64,000 bases of DNA from Mytilus edulis (GCF_963676685.1 NC_092344.1:49662001-49726000); one strand, 5' to 3'; shown: positions 24,003-38,534, counted from the stretch's first letter. The notes: generated from the sequence alone by a model not told the origin. Numbers and translations: made by a program.

Positions 24003-27000
24003 CTTTAGAAATTCTGAAAAAAATCAACAGAATTAATATCATAAGTTACTGGAATAAAGATGTGTATGTGTCTCTTGTATTTCAATTGTTATGCAATGCA
24101 TTCACACTTTTTGATAAACCATTCTTAATTAAGTTATTGAAGAATGATTTTTCTTACAAGTTCAATGTTTCCTTTGCTATCACTGAAATTACATGTTTTA
24201 CTAAACAGAAATAATAATTAGTATTTGATAATTTGTACCTTTTACTATGATTTTCTATTTCTTCAATGAATTATTTCTTGTTTATTTTTGTCAAAGTTGC
24301 ATAATTGGTGTTTTGTTTATCTAAAATATTTTTATAATATTTACGTTTGTTTAAATAATTTCTTACCTTTCTTAAAAGCAGTCGTAATAGTATATGATAA
24401 ATACTGCTTCAGAATTGTTCTTTTATACCATTTTGGTTATTTTTCTTTTAATTGACATACACACAAGGAAGTGTGTAACTGAACCGCAAATGATGAATTA
24501 ATTATTGTTTTTAACTTTTAAATGTCACTCCGTCATATTTTGTGTAGTTTTGGATTATGCTGATCTTAAGAAAAAAAGTGTGCTCAGGGTCATTTTGTTT
24601 TCTCCCTACAACAAACAAACTTGTCATGATGTCATACTACATGTAGTTATTGCGAAATATCGTTCTGACTTACTTACAATATGGTTAAGTATTCATGTTA
24701 TTAATTTAGTTGTAATCAAAGACTTGTACTGTCTATAAATTAACCGAACGCATTGTATAACCTCATGGCTTTGATTTTTTTTCTCCGTTTAATTGAAATA
24801 ACTTGAAAACCACTGCCTGAAATGATGTTGGAAACACAACATTTATTAAGACGTATCTGATTTTACAAAGCTTGAGCTTATGCTTACAAAAAGGACGAGA
24901 ACTATCATCATTAAAAACCAAACTATAGAACTATTTTAAAAAATCAATTCACATATATCTTGTATATCATCTCTTCATACTCCGTTATCAATTGTAATTT
25001 TACATTAAGATTGTTACCGTCAATCTTAAAATTGTAAAGGAATTAACATCACAGTGTTAGGCTCTAAGTTACAAAACATTAATACTCATAAGTGTTGTTT
25101 ATATATAATCTACATATAAATCAAGTCTTGAATATTTTGAATTTCGCAATATCTTTTGGGTGTTGGATAACTTTTGGCTATTGGATAACTTATGGCTGTT
25201 GGATAACTTTTTGTTACTTGATAGAATGGTCACTTCTTTTTATGTTTATTTTACCTACAGAGAGTGAAAAATAACGCAACTCGTCAAAAATTAAAAAAAA
25301 AACACCGAAAGGACAACAGTATACAAAACAAAATCTAGAAAACTATTCAAATTGCAACACCAACCCCGTCATACCCGGAATATAGTATTATGGACTTTGT
25401 CCGATACATTAGCTACACTGATTGCTAGGATAATAATCTCAGGTGAACATTACTCTAACTAATCTCAGTAGATTAAAAATAAACCAAATTATGACTAAAA
25501 AAATGCTTGCACTTGATTCTAGTTGTTCTATTGCATGTATTGAAAGATGATTGACCTTTTTTTAATATAGAAAAAATACAAACAAATATACGTTATATAA
25601 GAAAATGAAACTAAAAATAGTTGAAATATAAATACTCCTATATAAACGTCGATTTGAAATAATAAATAACTATTACATTTCTATATCTATATTATATATC
25701 TAAGATTATGAAATTACTTTAGACCTGGTTCAACTTTCTTGTTTAGTACTACAAATAACTGTTTAAAACACCTTATACATCTTTAGTATGCAAATTGTCT
25801 GTTTTACACTGATTAGAAAAGAACGCCAGGCTAACAAATATGGAATACACAAAACTGTTGCATAAAAGATTTATAGTGCATTCCATGTTTTTAATGTTAC
25901 TTTAAAAGAAATTTTAAATCAATATTCATACAGGTAGGTAAAGGTGTAATAGCACCAGATCATGGTATGTCACATCCGGTTGTATATTCCCTTGAATTTG
26001 ACAGTTGTAGGTAATTAATCCTACATTTTATTGCAGTAAAACATTTCTGTGTCATAACCATATATCTTGGGTATTAAAGCATCATTATTTTTTTTTATTT
26101 GGGGTTTCTATAAAATATTTTGTAATCTTGAGGTTGGTTACATGGTTCCTAAACCTTGTACACAGGTTAGATAAGTGGAAAAACTTAATTGGATAACTTC
26201 CAGTGATGGTACTTATCTTATATGCAAATAAAATGTTATGTGAATTTTTTTCTATAGTTCAGGACAGGATACAACTTCACTTATGCCAAGTGTTTCTTTA
26301 TTTGAAACAAAGATAAATTCTGCACATTTTTTGAAAAGTGCGTAAGAAAGACTAATAGGGGAAAATCAATGGTGGTATTACACCTAAAACAACGAAATCA
26401 TGTGATAGTTTTATTTGAATTCTTGGAAGTGTTATTGCAAATCAAAGTACATATTTAGGTTTAGCATCTTGCTCAAAGAAGATTTTTTTTCATTTTAAAC
26501 TTTTTTCTGGCTGGGCTTTGTCTTTATTCATATGAAGCAGACTTCAAGCATTCTCTTCTCAAGAAAATTGTAAAGATATAAGAACTACCTTTAACTTCAG
26601 ATTCGATAATGCAAAGTTTTGTTTTCCTGTCTTTCATGTTTGCTAATGTGCTTTGTTACATCATATTTTGTGCTTATATATAACATGTTTGCTTGTTTCT
26701 ATAGTGATTAATATTATGACACAATGTTTACTGCTGTACTCCTTTTTCTGAAATTTTTACCTATGTCTCTTTGGTTTGTTCAGGTTTAGCTAGCTATGCA
26801 TAAGAAAATGCTTGTACCAAGTCAGGAATAAACCATTTGATATCCATTTGTTTGATGTGTACATGTATGAGCTTTTGATTTTTCCATGGGATTAGGGATT
26901 TAAGAGACGTTTTGTCCGCCTGAAAAAATAAATTTAACACAAAAATATTAATATGGTACGAAAGATCAAGGTATTTTAAATCTCAAAATTTAAGTCAAGA

Positions 27001-27010
27001 TGAAAGATAA

Positions 27011-28748
27011 CACTACAAAAGTCTAAAAGTCTGAAAAGACCAGTTTTTGTCTTGATTTGCATGAACTTTTACTCGACATTCTCCAAAAGTATGACTTGAG
27101 TCTTAATTTTTCTTGACAAATTCTCATTTATATCAAGTTTGTATGAAAATTACTTGACATATTCTTGACATTCTGAATATGGTCTTAAAATTTCTTGACA
27201 ATTTCTTGACATTTAAATACTGTCTTGAAATTTCTCAACATGTTCTCGACATTCTTATTTTTTCTCAGTATGTCTTGACATATTCTGAACATTTTGAATT
27301 GTGTCTTAAATTTACTTGACAGTTCTGAGTTTAAATCTAATGTTTAAAATAATTTAAATTTGGATGTGTTGATATAAAACAATTTAAAATTGAGTTTTTA
27401 AATAATTACAAATTTTGATTCCTAAAGTTTATAAATTAAATGATTAAAACCGATCATACTGTAGACATATTTCATTCTACATTCATAATATTAAATATTT
27501 ATATGGTAAGAAATTATTGCACCAAAATGTGGTTTATATATTAATAGCAAATTATGATGATATACAAATCATTCATTTAACAGAAGAAAAATTGTGTAAT
27601 GTCATCTGTTGGAATATATTTTAAGTATTACACATGGACAGGATGTTCCCCATAAAATTAAGCTATTCCACACCCCCAGAGTACACACAACTGTCAAATA
27701 GAAATTACTGCTTTACCTGTAATAAGCCATACAAATTATCAATTGACCGACCATGCCACTACAATTTAAAAAGTTTGTTCATAGACGAAAAGGAAACTCA
27801 TCATTTTGATGAAAAAAAATGAATTTAAAATTGAATATTTCCCAAAGATTAAAAGAAAAGTATTATCTACCCCAGGAATAATAAAAATGTATTTATAATG
27901 GGTCCATTTTCTATAGAAATCATTGGTCTTATGAAATGGATCCCAAAAGATGAATTTTGGGGTCCAAAAGAGACGCATGGTCACATTTTAAAACTGCCTT
28001 ATAGACACCTATTTTAGTCAAGCAAATTTGACTGGCAGTTTTGCGAATGGCAAAAATCTAAATGCTGTTTGTCAGCAACTTCAACTTATATTCCAAGTGA
28101 AAACAATTAATTAAACGTTTAATCAAAATTAATCAAAATCAAAGTACATGGGGGATTATTCAGGGTATTCCAACTAAGTTGCACCAAAAGGGTATCTTAC
28201 TACACAAAATTAATCCTTGATTCTTCAAAGTTTAGTTTAGCCATAATAAGTTTATAACAGCAAAAGAATGTCACAAACAGTGCAGAATAAGTCTGTTCAC
28301 ATTTTTAGGCGAAATTTATACTGTTGAGATAGTGTCAAGACATATTTAAGACTGTCAAGAATGTGTCGAGACATATTCAGACATTATTTAGAATGTCAAG
28401 AATATGTCAAGACATATTCAGACATTATTTAGAATGTCAAGAATATGTAAAGACATATTCAGACATTATTAAGAATGTCAAGAATATGTCAAGACAGATC
28501 GAGACAAATTTAAGACAGTCAAGAATAATCCAGACTCTTATCAGATGAGACAGGAAGTGTCGAGAAATTTTAAGACAATGTTCATACTGTCAAGACACTT
28601 GTCAAGAAAAATCAAGAACCTTATGAGAAAAATTCATAAAATGTCAAGATTTTTATAAAATTATTAAGACAAATCAAGAATGTCGAGTAAAAATTCATGC
28701 AAATTCAGACAAAAACTGGTCTTTTCATACTTTTTGACTTTTGTAGTG
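27011..28748. mobile_element. Non-autonomous CACTA (EnSpm) DNA transposon
   Basis: Termini CACTACAAAAGTC / GACTTTTGTAGTG, long imperfect TIRs, mirrored subterminal CTTGACA/TGTCAAG repeats and a 3-bp TSD TAA. Empty paralogous site at ~52385-52402. No transposase ORF. Confidence 0.85.
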
Positions 28749-30123
28749 TAAGTGTCTGAAATTTTACATTCAGCACAAATGTCGACAGGCAACGAAACAA
28801 TAAATATTCTTTTTTTTTATTATTCCAAGATAAAGCTGACGGTGCCAACATTTGACTTAACTTTGTTTGAATTCTTAGTTTTCCATTTTATAAAATTTGT
28901 AACTTGTATTTAATAGAGTCCAGTTTATTTAATACTAGTAAACCATATTCAGACAAATCGCTAGTATTGCCTATAATTCTAAAGTCCTAAAAACAACTTA
29001 GAAGAATTATCCAAAGTCAACTAGATAACCTTTAAGCAGTGGTTTTCCAAGCAATTCAAAAATAATAAGATCGTCTAAAAGGAAATAAAAGACTTCAGTT
29101 TATTATTTTTTCATATTGTAGAAGTCTCTGGTTACTACCAAATATACCATGAATTATTTTGAAAACATTAATAATAGGTCAGAACAATATTTCATAACAG
29201 GTACTAGTATTATGACGTAATGAAAACTATGTGTATTGTAGGAGGAAACAAAGTGTGTCATTGACCTTGAGAATATTTCTTTATATTTACATATATTGAA
29301 GTTCCTTAGTACTACGACAGTGTGACATTAAAAGTGCAACTTTATTCAACGACTTCATCATTTGCGGTTTACTTTAAACTTTCCTTGTGTACATGTGTAG
29401 TGTCAATAATATAATTGAAAACAGTATAAAAGAACGAAGAAGTAAAACATTATTCATTAGAATTAATTCCAATAACTTCAAACAAAGGTAAGAAATTATT
29501 AAAGAGTAATCATAGCTAATTGGTATAAACAAATATGAAAGACATACAAATCATAAATAATTCAATAGTTACAAAGATAATAAATATGTCGTTCAGGATT
29601 TAGTAAAAATGAATTTACAAAGTTTAAAGCGTTGTGCATTCTTTTATGTATTGGTTTTAGTAATTATAAGGTAAATACAGTAGTAACATACTGCTTCAGA
29701 ATATATCTTTTTTTTATAACTGATGTTTACTGAGATTTAAAAAAAAAGAATCAATTAGAGTGTTAAAAAAAAAGAGAGATTTAAAATCCATCGGGAATTT
29801 TAATGCGGAATGAAATAATTATTTGAGATATTCAAGTTATTAATCGTTTGAAGTAATGTTTATTTCTAATGATTAAATACTGTAAAAGTAAATGTATATC
29901 TTTTTCTTATTCTTGACAATCAATGTAAGTTATGCAAGTTCCGTTTTCTGCATTTGTTAATTCGTGAATAAACATCCTATGTATCTTTCTAATTTGTGAT
30001 GTGAAATCATATTGCATTGATAGATTGAAAATTTATTTTCACTATTTACATAATTCGTATTAAATTATTTGAACTGCTATTTTGTAAGTAAGGATATTTT
30101 TCCTCTAATTTTCAGACTTAGAA

Positions 30124-31173
30124 ATGATGAGATTCCAGACCATTTTCGTTTTGATAGCATTGACAACAATAACAGTAGCCGGTAAGAAAAATGTTCAATG
30201 TGTTTTTCTCGAAATTTATAAACTGTAAAAAATAAAAGTGTTTTCAGTGTGTAGATAACATTTGAATATCCTACCACTGAATGTTCATTAAAACAGCTGA
30301 CATTTCCAAAACCGAACAGTCTCTGCAATTGCTAACAACAACGTCCCTTTGCCTAGAGTGTGTAATTGTTTTTATTAACGATAATACCTCATATTATTGT
30401 ATTGTTAAATAAAAGATAATTCACCAGTATTTTTTTTCTCCAATTAATCAATTCATGAATTTCACATCACTTGTCAGATATTCAATTTTACAGTATATGC
30501 ACCCTCGGATAAGCATGCATTAGATAGACATGGAGTGGAGAAGGTTTTACTGGTCGAAAACACAGTTGGTAGAAACATAAACAGGCGTCGTGGTGAGGGA
30601 TCTCTTTCTGTACTGGATGTTATTGATGCAAATAGACGAGTAGGGTCAAGAGGAGTTGGAACATCTCATGGAATAGGCAGTGAATTTTTTACTCACGGGT
30701 CATCTTCCGGTAGAGGATTGTCTGGGTCTTCTGTTGGAGGCAGGAACTCTGTAATCATTAGAGGCTCTTCAACTGGTTTGTCTCGTGGTTTATCTGACGA
30801 TGATGATCATTTCACCTCTGGCAGCCGAATTGGTTCATCTGGTCTAGTTAGAAATGTGGATCTGTCTAGAAATTCTCATTTGGAAACTATTGGTAGTGGC
30901 CGTGGAGTGTCTGGTCATTCAGGTGCAGATATTATTGACGCAATCAGTTCTAGACGAGGTGGGCGTGTTGTCCTGGACACTGTGTCTGCCAGACGAAGTG
31001 GATCAGCCCGTACTTCTGGTTCAGGATTTGTTTCTCAATCTGTGGTAGGAGGAAAAACTAATTGCAAAAGTGACTGTTTTAGTGATGGAGATTGTCCAAA
31101 AAACAGATACTGTGCCACTGTTAATTGTCACAGGATTTGTAGAAGAAGACTGTCTAATGGATACTCACCATGA
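30124..31173 (+). CDS. Secreted Gly/Ser/Arg-rich WAP-like protein, copy 5 (short type, 245 aa)
   Basis: Coding exons 30124-30181 (MMRFQTIFVLIALTTITVA) and 30494-31173. TATAAAAG at ~29425 and exon-1 donor at ~29488. Confidence 0.9.
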
Positions 31174-32324
31174 AAAGCCTATCACCGAAATCCATACTTT
31201 GAACACTTTTTGATATCTTTTTTAAAATAAAATATTGCATTCAGTTTTTGTTATTGTATAAAATTTTCGTTATTTCATCAAAAAAATCAAAAGTCATTCG
31301 TTAAATCAAACTAATCAGAAAGAATATAACTACATACAGACATAAATACGGATATGAATAAAGATAACAAAAGCATACAGCAATTGACAAAAATGTGCGG
31401 TGATTTGTTTAAATTACAGTAACTCGTAACACATAAAAGATATAACATAAACAATAATAAAACACTTTTTTCGCCAAAGAAAAGACAATTCCTTGTTAAG
31501 TTCTACATTTATTTGAATTCTAAAAATAACTAGAACAAATCGTCAGAATGTTTATGCTGGATACTACAAAACGGAAAACTAACGATTTTTTTTTACAAAA
31601 ACAGATTAATCGAAATATATTTGCAGATGCATCTTTCATTATAAAAAGATGTATACATGAGAGCTGAATTATAACATAAAAAGTATAAGGATATATTTTA
31701 ATAGCGAAAACTGTTTACTTCGGGAAATAATTTGTTTATTTGTTAGTTGTTGCTGGCGTAAAAGAAAAAAAGCAACTGAAAAAAACTTGAAATTTTGTAT
31801 CAAATTTAACCAACAACTTTAATTTACAAACCGATTAATTATTAGAAAATAGTTATTAGATTTAAATTAAAGGTAATAAATAATTATACATTTAAACTCT
31901 TTGAAACAAAACACAAGTCAAAAATAAAACTACATTTTGTATATTAGTTGAACAAACTAAATGTAAACACTTAAAATTAAATACATGTATATGTTTGGTA
32001 ACAACAATATATGTTTGAGGGAGCTGAAGTCGAAGTGTCATGGTTTCATACTTAAAAGTTCAAAGGCTAATCTCGTGCATCTTTCATATAAATACTGAGT
32101 AATTCAATTATTTTATTTTATTACTGCAAATAACATACGTGTGAATATGAGCAAGAGAAGAAATTTGAGTTTTACTTATGCAAATCTACAGGGCCCAGTG
32201 TCACCCTAAATATCAAAAAGAAGATGTGATATGATTGCTGTATTTGGCACAACTTTTTGGAATTTTGGGTCCTCAATGCTCTTCAACTTTGTATTTGTTT
32301 GGCTTTTTAACTATTTTGATCTGA

Positions 32325-32368
32325 GCATCACTGATGAGTCTTATGTAGACGAAACGCGCGTCTGGCAT
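32325..32368 (+). ncRNA. Minimal type I hammerhead ribozyme motif within a repeat fragment (~32238-32388)
   Basis: GCATCA CTGATGA GTCT TATGT AGAC GAAA CGCGCG TC TGGCAT. Core, stem II and stem III intact; stem I weakened. Confidence 0.7.
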
Positions 32369-33145
32369 ATAAAATTATAATCCTGGTATTCCAATGAGAC
32401 AACTCTCCACAAGAGACCGGAAATAAAATCACTAATACAATATAATATTTATATCAAAACGCATCAAATAATAAGGAAAAAATAAGGAAAAAAAATTGAT
32501 AGAAATTTGTGTTAAAATCGTTTTGTTATCACAAGTTGTGAAAATTTTAACAAAAAAAATTTACTTATTCAATAAAATAATTGAAAAATATTCTGAGCAA
32601 AAAGAATCATAAAAACATATTATAATTATTCTATAGAATCTCCCTCTTTTTTAATTGGATACACTCACTTTTTAAAAAATCTTTTTAATATTTTGAAATA
32701 CCACAAAACATGAAAAAAATATGAGTTAATTCTGGTTTTCAACTGCTAAAATACTTAATAAACTTACTAAATTTGAAGATCTAGATTTGTCAAATGAATG
32801 TATATTTATACATGTAATATTTGAAATATATTTAAGAAACGATTTTATATCAAGAATAAATCACTAAATATGCATAAATTTCAGGGTTCACATATTTCCT
32901 AATATTATGTTCGGCAATAGAATGAATAATCATCATCAGATTTCCGGAACAAAGATTAATGCCTTGAAATTTAAGGCAATAACTTAATGCCTAGGCGTTA
33001 GCCTAGGATTTATGCTTAATGCCTAATTTCACTTTTGCCGCTAACATATATAAATGTTGAAATGGATTTACATTGTTAAAACTTTTTTATCATCTCTAAA
33101 TAACAATCGAGCTTTGTTTTTTATTAGAAAACACTCTATAACATC

Positions 33146-36100
33146 TTATCCAATAAATACAAGTCCGGGAATTTGTCCAGCTTTTTCAGTTGTACTATTA
33201 CCTGGTGGTTGTGAAGAGCGAAAAAAAGTAACAGAAAAATCATCACAAATAATAACTTTCTGGATATAGTTCTTTCCTTTGAAAGTACTTCTTCCTTTCA
33301 TGCTAAGTTGGACAGTGTATCGTTTTTCTGCAACTATTTCGACTGGATATGCAACAGGAATTTCATAAATTTGCTTGCCTTTTGTCGAGATTAATGTTGT
33401 CTGTGTTGTACTGAGAACAGTAGCACCTTGTAAAATGTTTACCGTTAAGTCATTGGATCCTGAGTAGGTGTGTGATCCAAATAGAAGAACAGAAGTAAGG
33501 ACAGTATCACGTGACGTTTGAAAATCGACACAGTCGTCCTTGCCAGAAGAATAACTCCAAATATTTCCAATATCTACTTCACATCTTTCAAGACGAATAG
33601 GGATTTGTCGGCGTTTAGAAGAGAACATATCTGTGTGTTTGCCATTAAAATGTTCATATAGAGCAACTCGTTCTTCAAATGTGAGAATGTTTGTAGATGA
33701 AACTTCGTCCGTGAAATACTTTAATGTCATTAACGGAAATCGTATAAGGTATAACAAATCACCCAGAGAATTCCTAATGTTCTCATCAGTCGTCGGCAAA
33801 CTTTGCTCCTCGCATCGTAGTTTAGACCATTGTACCATTCTCAGGTAGATTATTTTCTCATCGCAATTCAGTCGCTCGGACTCTATTATCAATTTAAGGC
33901 AGTCGCTGGATAACTGTAAGAAATCGTCAGACTCTAAACTAGCATTTCCGTTCTCGTAAATAAAATTCAGCGTTTCTTTTTCAAGATCTTTCATGTGGAA
34001 GTCATGTGCGGTTTGAAATACACCGCATGTGTGGTCTCCATCTACACTTGAAGTTAAGAGTTCACTACATTTATCTTTCAGATTTTGTAACATATACTTA
34101 TCTGATCCATACAGGAGTCCTTGGATGTTTCTAGCGTCTATTATTGTTTCGTCGGTGTATATATACCTGTTGAAAAAATATACTCTTTTATTATCATTTA
34201 TAGGTTGAGATAAAAAAAACAACAAAAAAAAACACATTATTACATACTTTCAGGTTTATTTATATTTCCTGGGCACAAAATCAGTATTTGAGGTACAATA
34301 GAGATATATGTAGCATATGTACCTGTAGTCCAAATAATTATGACGTCTTGAAAGGCTAATATAATTTTTTTCTTTGACGCCTTACTTCGGCGTCGAAGAA
34401 AAAAATTATAATAGCCTTTCAAGACGTCATAATTATTTGGACTAATGTACCTGACGATATTGGGATAGTGGTACTTAGTCAAATCTGAACCGGAAGTTGT
34501 GATAATATTGTAAAATTCCATCATGAATAAAATGAAAATAATGCCAAATTGTTTAGGTTTAACATATCTGCTTGAGTAAGTTGTTACAAGCATTCGAGAT
34601 TTATTTGTTACATATCTAAATATATGTATTATAGGCGTAGTTCAGTTTTATATGTATTACTAATTGTACAAGTGATGTCCGGAAACGCCTTTTTCTTCAC
34701 TCCCTCTCTCTTTTATTTATTTTCCATTCAGTACACACGATGTAATTGCGCTGACGCAATTGTTTAACAAGCTACGTACACGACAAACTGGTTAAATATT
34801 TATACCCTGTATATCATGACTACCATGTCAGGTGGTGACCACTGGTTCGCATCGCTAATCTACTTATGAATTGATACTTGAATAGTCGAAAAGTGTTAGA
34901 TTTAGCAGTTTAATTATGAAAAATGAGTGAAATGAAAATATGTTCTGTAGTCGTATGTAAATAGTGAATGCTTAATCGATGTCGAGTTGAAAATTTTAAG
35001 ATATCGCTATAGTTATTCTAACGTCTCTTTGTGAGTAATGCTTCAATATCTCAGTCAACGAGTTTCTTTTGAGTTTTTTTTTTGTTAGGCTTTAAACTAT
35101 GACGTGAAGGTAGCCATCCTGATGTTCTGATGTAGGAGGATTTAGCATGATAAAGTCTTTAACACTAAAAAGTATTCATTAACAAATAAAACATTTTTCC
35201 CTGGGGCAGAAAATGATTTTTCATCATATAGGTAGTCCCCTATTTTTTTTTTTAAATTTAATATCTAAAAGGTAAAACAAAATACAGCAGTTATGATTTA
35301 CTTGAGATAAAAAATAATAAAATGTAAACATTGAACAGCACTTAAGTTTTTTAGGTATTGTTACGTATTGTTGGCATACTGTATCATTTTTGTACTCAAT
35401 ACATATTCATAAATAGAAACAAAATGATATCGTTAAGAAAATTTTATATTAAGTATACAATCTGTAACATTCAACTTGCTCAGTTTAAAAAAAATCCCTT
35501 TCTAAATTGAATAATTTACAACTTAACATATACTGCTCTACATCTCATTTTCAATTTGCTTGCAATTTTGACAGAGATTTGAGGTAACTACTCCAATTTT
35601 ATTATGTATGTAGTTATTAAGTCCAATATACCCTGATCTTAGTTTGAAAAGTAATAGTTCGTTCTTCCTTGTCAATTTTTGAATATTGAATTTGAAAATT
35701 AACTTTATCAATAATTTTGAATAATGTTCGATCTTTGTTTGGTTTTTTTTATGTCATGAATTTTTACTAAAAGTTTACAGACAGTTTTAATGTCTTCTTT
35801 AAAGAAGGTATAAAATCTATGTAGTTATCTAAATTTAGTGCTTTTTTTTTGGCTTGTAAATCTGCACTTACGTTATTATTCCGACATGACTTGGTATCCA
35901 TTCAAATATAATTTCTGAACAACCAATGTGGTGTGGTTAATATATTCCAAGCTTTTAAATCTTTTTCACTATATTCTGAAGAGCACTAATGAGATTGGAT
36001 ATTGCATACAAGATACTGATTTAGATTTTTTAATCCCTTCATCTAGATTATTGCCTTATTCATGAATAATTATATCTAACTAAAATTTAAAATTACTTAA

Positions 36101-36390
36101 TCAACTTAATTAGCTTTATCAACTTTATTTACTTACTGTAACATCATATTAAAATATTCTGGAGTCATGTCAGCAATAACAACATCACCCTTTTCTGATA
36201 TTGGTCCTTCAAACATGCTGTAGAATACAGGACTAGCACTGGCGAGCATGTACTTATGGGCTTTGATTGGTGACTTGTCTGATCCGACATGGAATGTGAC
36301 GTCACACATCAGCTGATTATCCAACATGTATTTCATACGATCTGACAGTGATTTTCCTATCTGCCAATCAGTTTGAGATTCCATCGTCAT
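33146..36390 (-). CDS. BTB/POZ-BACK-PHR protein (BTBD1/2/3/6-like Cullin-3 adaptor), 424 aa
   Basis: Exons 36390-36137 (DWQ...CDVTFHVG...IKAHKYMLASASPVFYSMF; phase-2 donor GTAAGT) and 34166-33146 (YIYTD...BACK LLYLIRFPLM...PHR ending GQIPGLVF); 254+1021 nt = 425 codons. An acceptor AG lies immediately before the ATG, implying an upstream UTR exon (candidate donor ~37847). Confidence 0.9.
34326..34444. mobile_element. Foldback MITE with 9-bp TSD (Mutator-like) in the BTB gene intron
   Basis: Near-perfect 119-bp palindrome TAGTCCAAATAATTATGACGTCTTGAAAGGC...GCCTTTCAAGACGTCATAATTATTTGGACTA, flanked by ATGTACCTG at 34317-34325 and 34445-34453. Confidence 0.85.
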
Positions 36391-38534
36391 CTTAAATTTA
36401 ATAATTTAAACAAATAAAAAGAATTTTTTCATACAGTACATAATTATATAGATATAAGAAGATGCGGTATAAGTGTCAAGGGGAAAACTGTAATACATTC
36501 AATCCGAGTCACAATTTGTAAAAGTAAACCATTATAGGTCAAAGAACGGCCTTCAACACGGAGCCCTGCACGTGGCTCACACTAAATAGCAATTTATAAA
36601 AGGGTCTCAACAATAATTAATGGGAATCCATTCAAACAGGAAAACCACGTCGATCTAATCTATATAAAACGACTTATAAACCATATCAACAAACGACAAC
36701 CCCTGAACATCAGGTTCCTGGCTTAGTAAAGATGCACAAAAATGCAGCGGATTTAAACTTTATAATAGGCGCCAACCTTCACCAAATCTGAAAAAATAAT
36801 GTAACATCACAAAATAGAAAGACACACTATAAAATATCAATCGAAATGGTTAAACTCAATCAAAAGACATATTTACAAAAATTACATGCATGTGTATATA
36901 TGTGTATTAGCCGAGTTTCTCAAGCTTCGTGATAATTGATCCAAGCTAGGTTTCAGTACTATATATATATAAGCATATTTCCATAAAAACCATTAAGTAT
37001 ATAGTTGATTCATCTTTAGAAAGATTTAATTGAACCTAATATTAGATTACACATATCTGTTCAAAAAGTTGTTGTTATTTTTCAGATAGACAAGTTCAAA
37101 TGTATATGCCAACAGCAAGAATAAAAAAATAATAAAACCATACTGTCAAGATCAAATCAATGGAAGAATCAATTATAATAGAAAGTGGAGGCTCGCAGAA
37201 TAATCAATAATCAATAGCCCAGAGTCCATGTCAATATGTTAGATTATAGTTATACCAATGATATTCTGTGAATCGCAGCTAACAATATAATTAAACATAT
37301 ATCAATATCAATTACTAGTAGTAGTAGTAATTTACTACGAATATCAAAACAGTCAAAATTATGTGCGTGTCTTACATTTCTCCAGCGTTTCTAAACGAAA
37401 GCAAACTATCAAAATTTCGATATTTGTTTTTGACATGTGTTAAGACTTTATTGATTTCTTTGAATTGTTTGTCGTCTTATCGTTGGCGTTACCTTACTGT
37501 CCAATCACCGCCCTAAAAAAAATCCCGTTTTTAATTTGTTTTGTTTTACTGGTGATTAGAAGAATACAAAAATAAGGAAACATAGTATTGGCTTGTTGTT
37601 AGAACAACTAATACAGAAACACAGAACGACACATTTTGATTGATTCATTGTTGGTTGCTAACGACAACTATTTGAACAAAGACGTGCATGTGAGCATATG
37701 TGTATCCTAAATTCGTCTCATAAAGTCAATCAGCAGAACGATCGAGTTATATCAATAAATCATAAATTTCCTTTTTCCATTTTAATGGGTATAATTTATC
37801 AATAAGTGGATTTTTTTCAAGTATATAAATCTTATTCATCTACTCACCTTATAGTAACAAGATATGGAAATTATTCAAAACGGAAGTAAAACATATTTTG
37901 TCACGTGTCTGAGTCTAAGAATATGATTATAGATAGTTTAAATATTTAAATTTTAAACCGAGCAAAAAAATCAATACAGGTAAAATACACAATTTAATAA
38001 ATGACAAAAAACCCATTATTTAATCGATGACGACAAATAAAGAACATTCAGTAGCTTACACATATTCAAGGTTCGCATAAGGCGTATGTATACCCCTCTT
38101 CGATTGTTTACTGTACAACAGTTTTCATAAACAATTTATATAACCATCGTCGTCCGTTGCTGATTTCTTCGAACTTTTGTAAAAACTCAATTTTGACTGG
38201 ATTAAAATCGTCCAGAAAATCACAGATGAACAAGAAAACTTTTCATTGCAAAAAACACAATAGTGCCATTTTTTAATGTCTTGTCACCAAAAACAAAAAT
38301 AAATGGATATTTACTCTAAAACACGACGTCTAAACACACAAAAGTTGAAAACGTTGGTGTATTACTTTAATGCAAAGCAGGAAATGCTTACCCTATTTTC
38401 ATGACATTTGAGGTCATCCTTAAATTAGCTGGGGGATATTGTTTGCCTTTCTTGTTTGTAACTGATAAATTTTTATTAAACTTTGTTTGTTTTGTGATTT
38501 TATTTCTATGATTGCCTCGACTAATCTGCATTTC

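Noticed and set aside
33146-34237. 363-aa ORF as a standalone secreted protein
   Set aside because: The hydrophobic start is the intron polypyrimidine tract; the exon begins at 34166 and joins the BTB exon.
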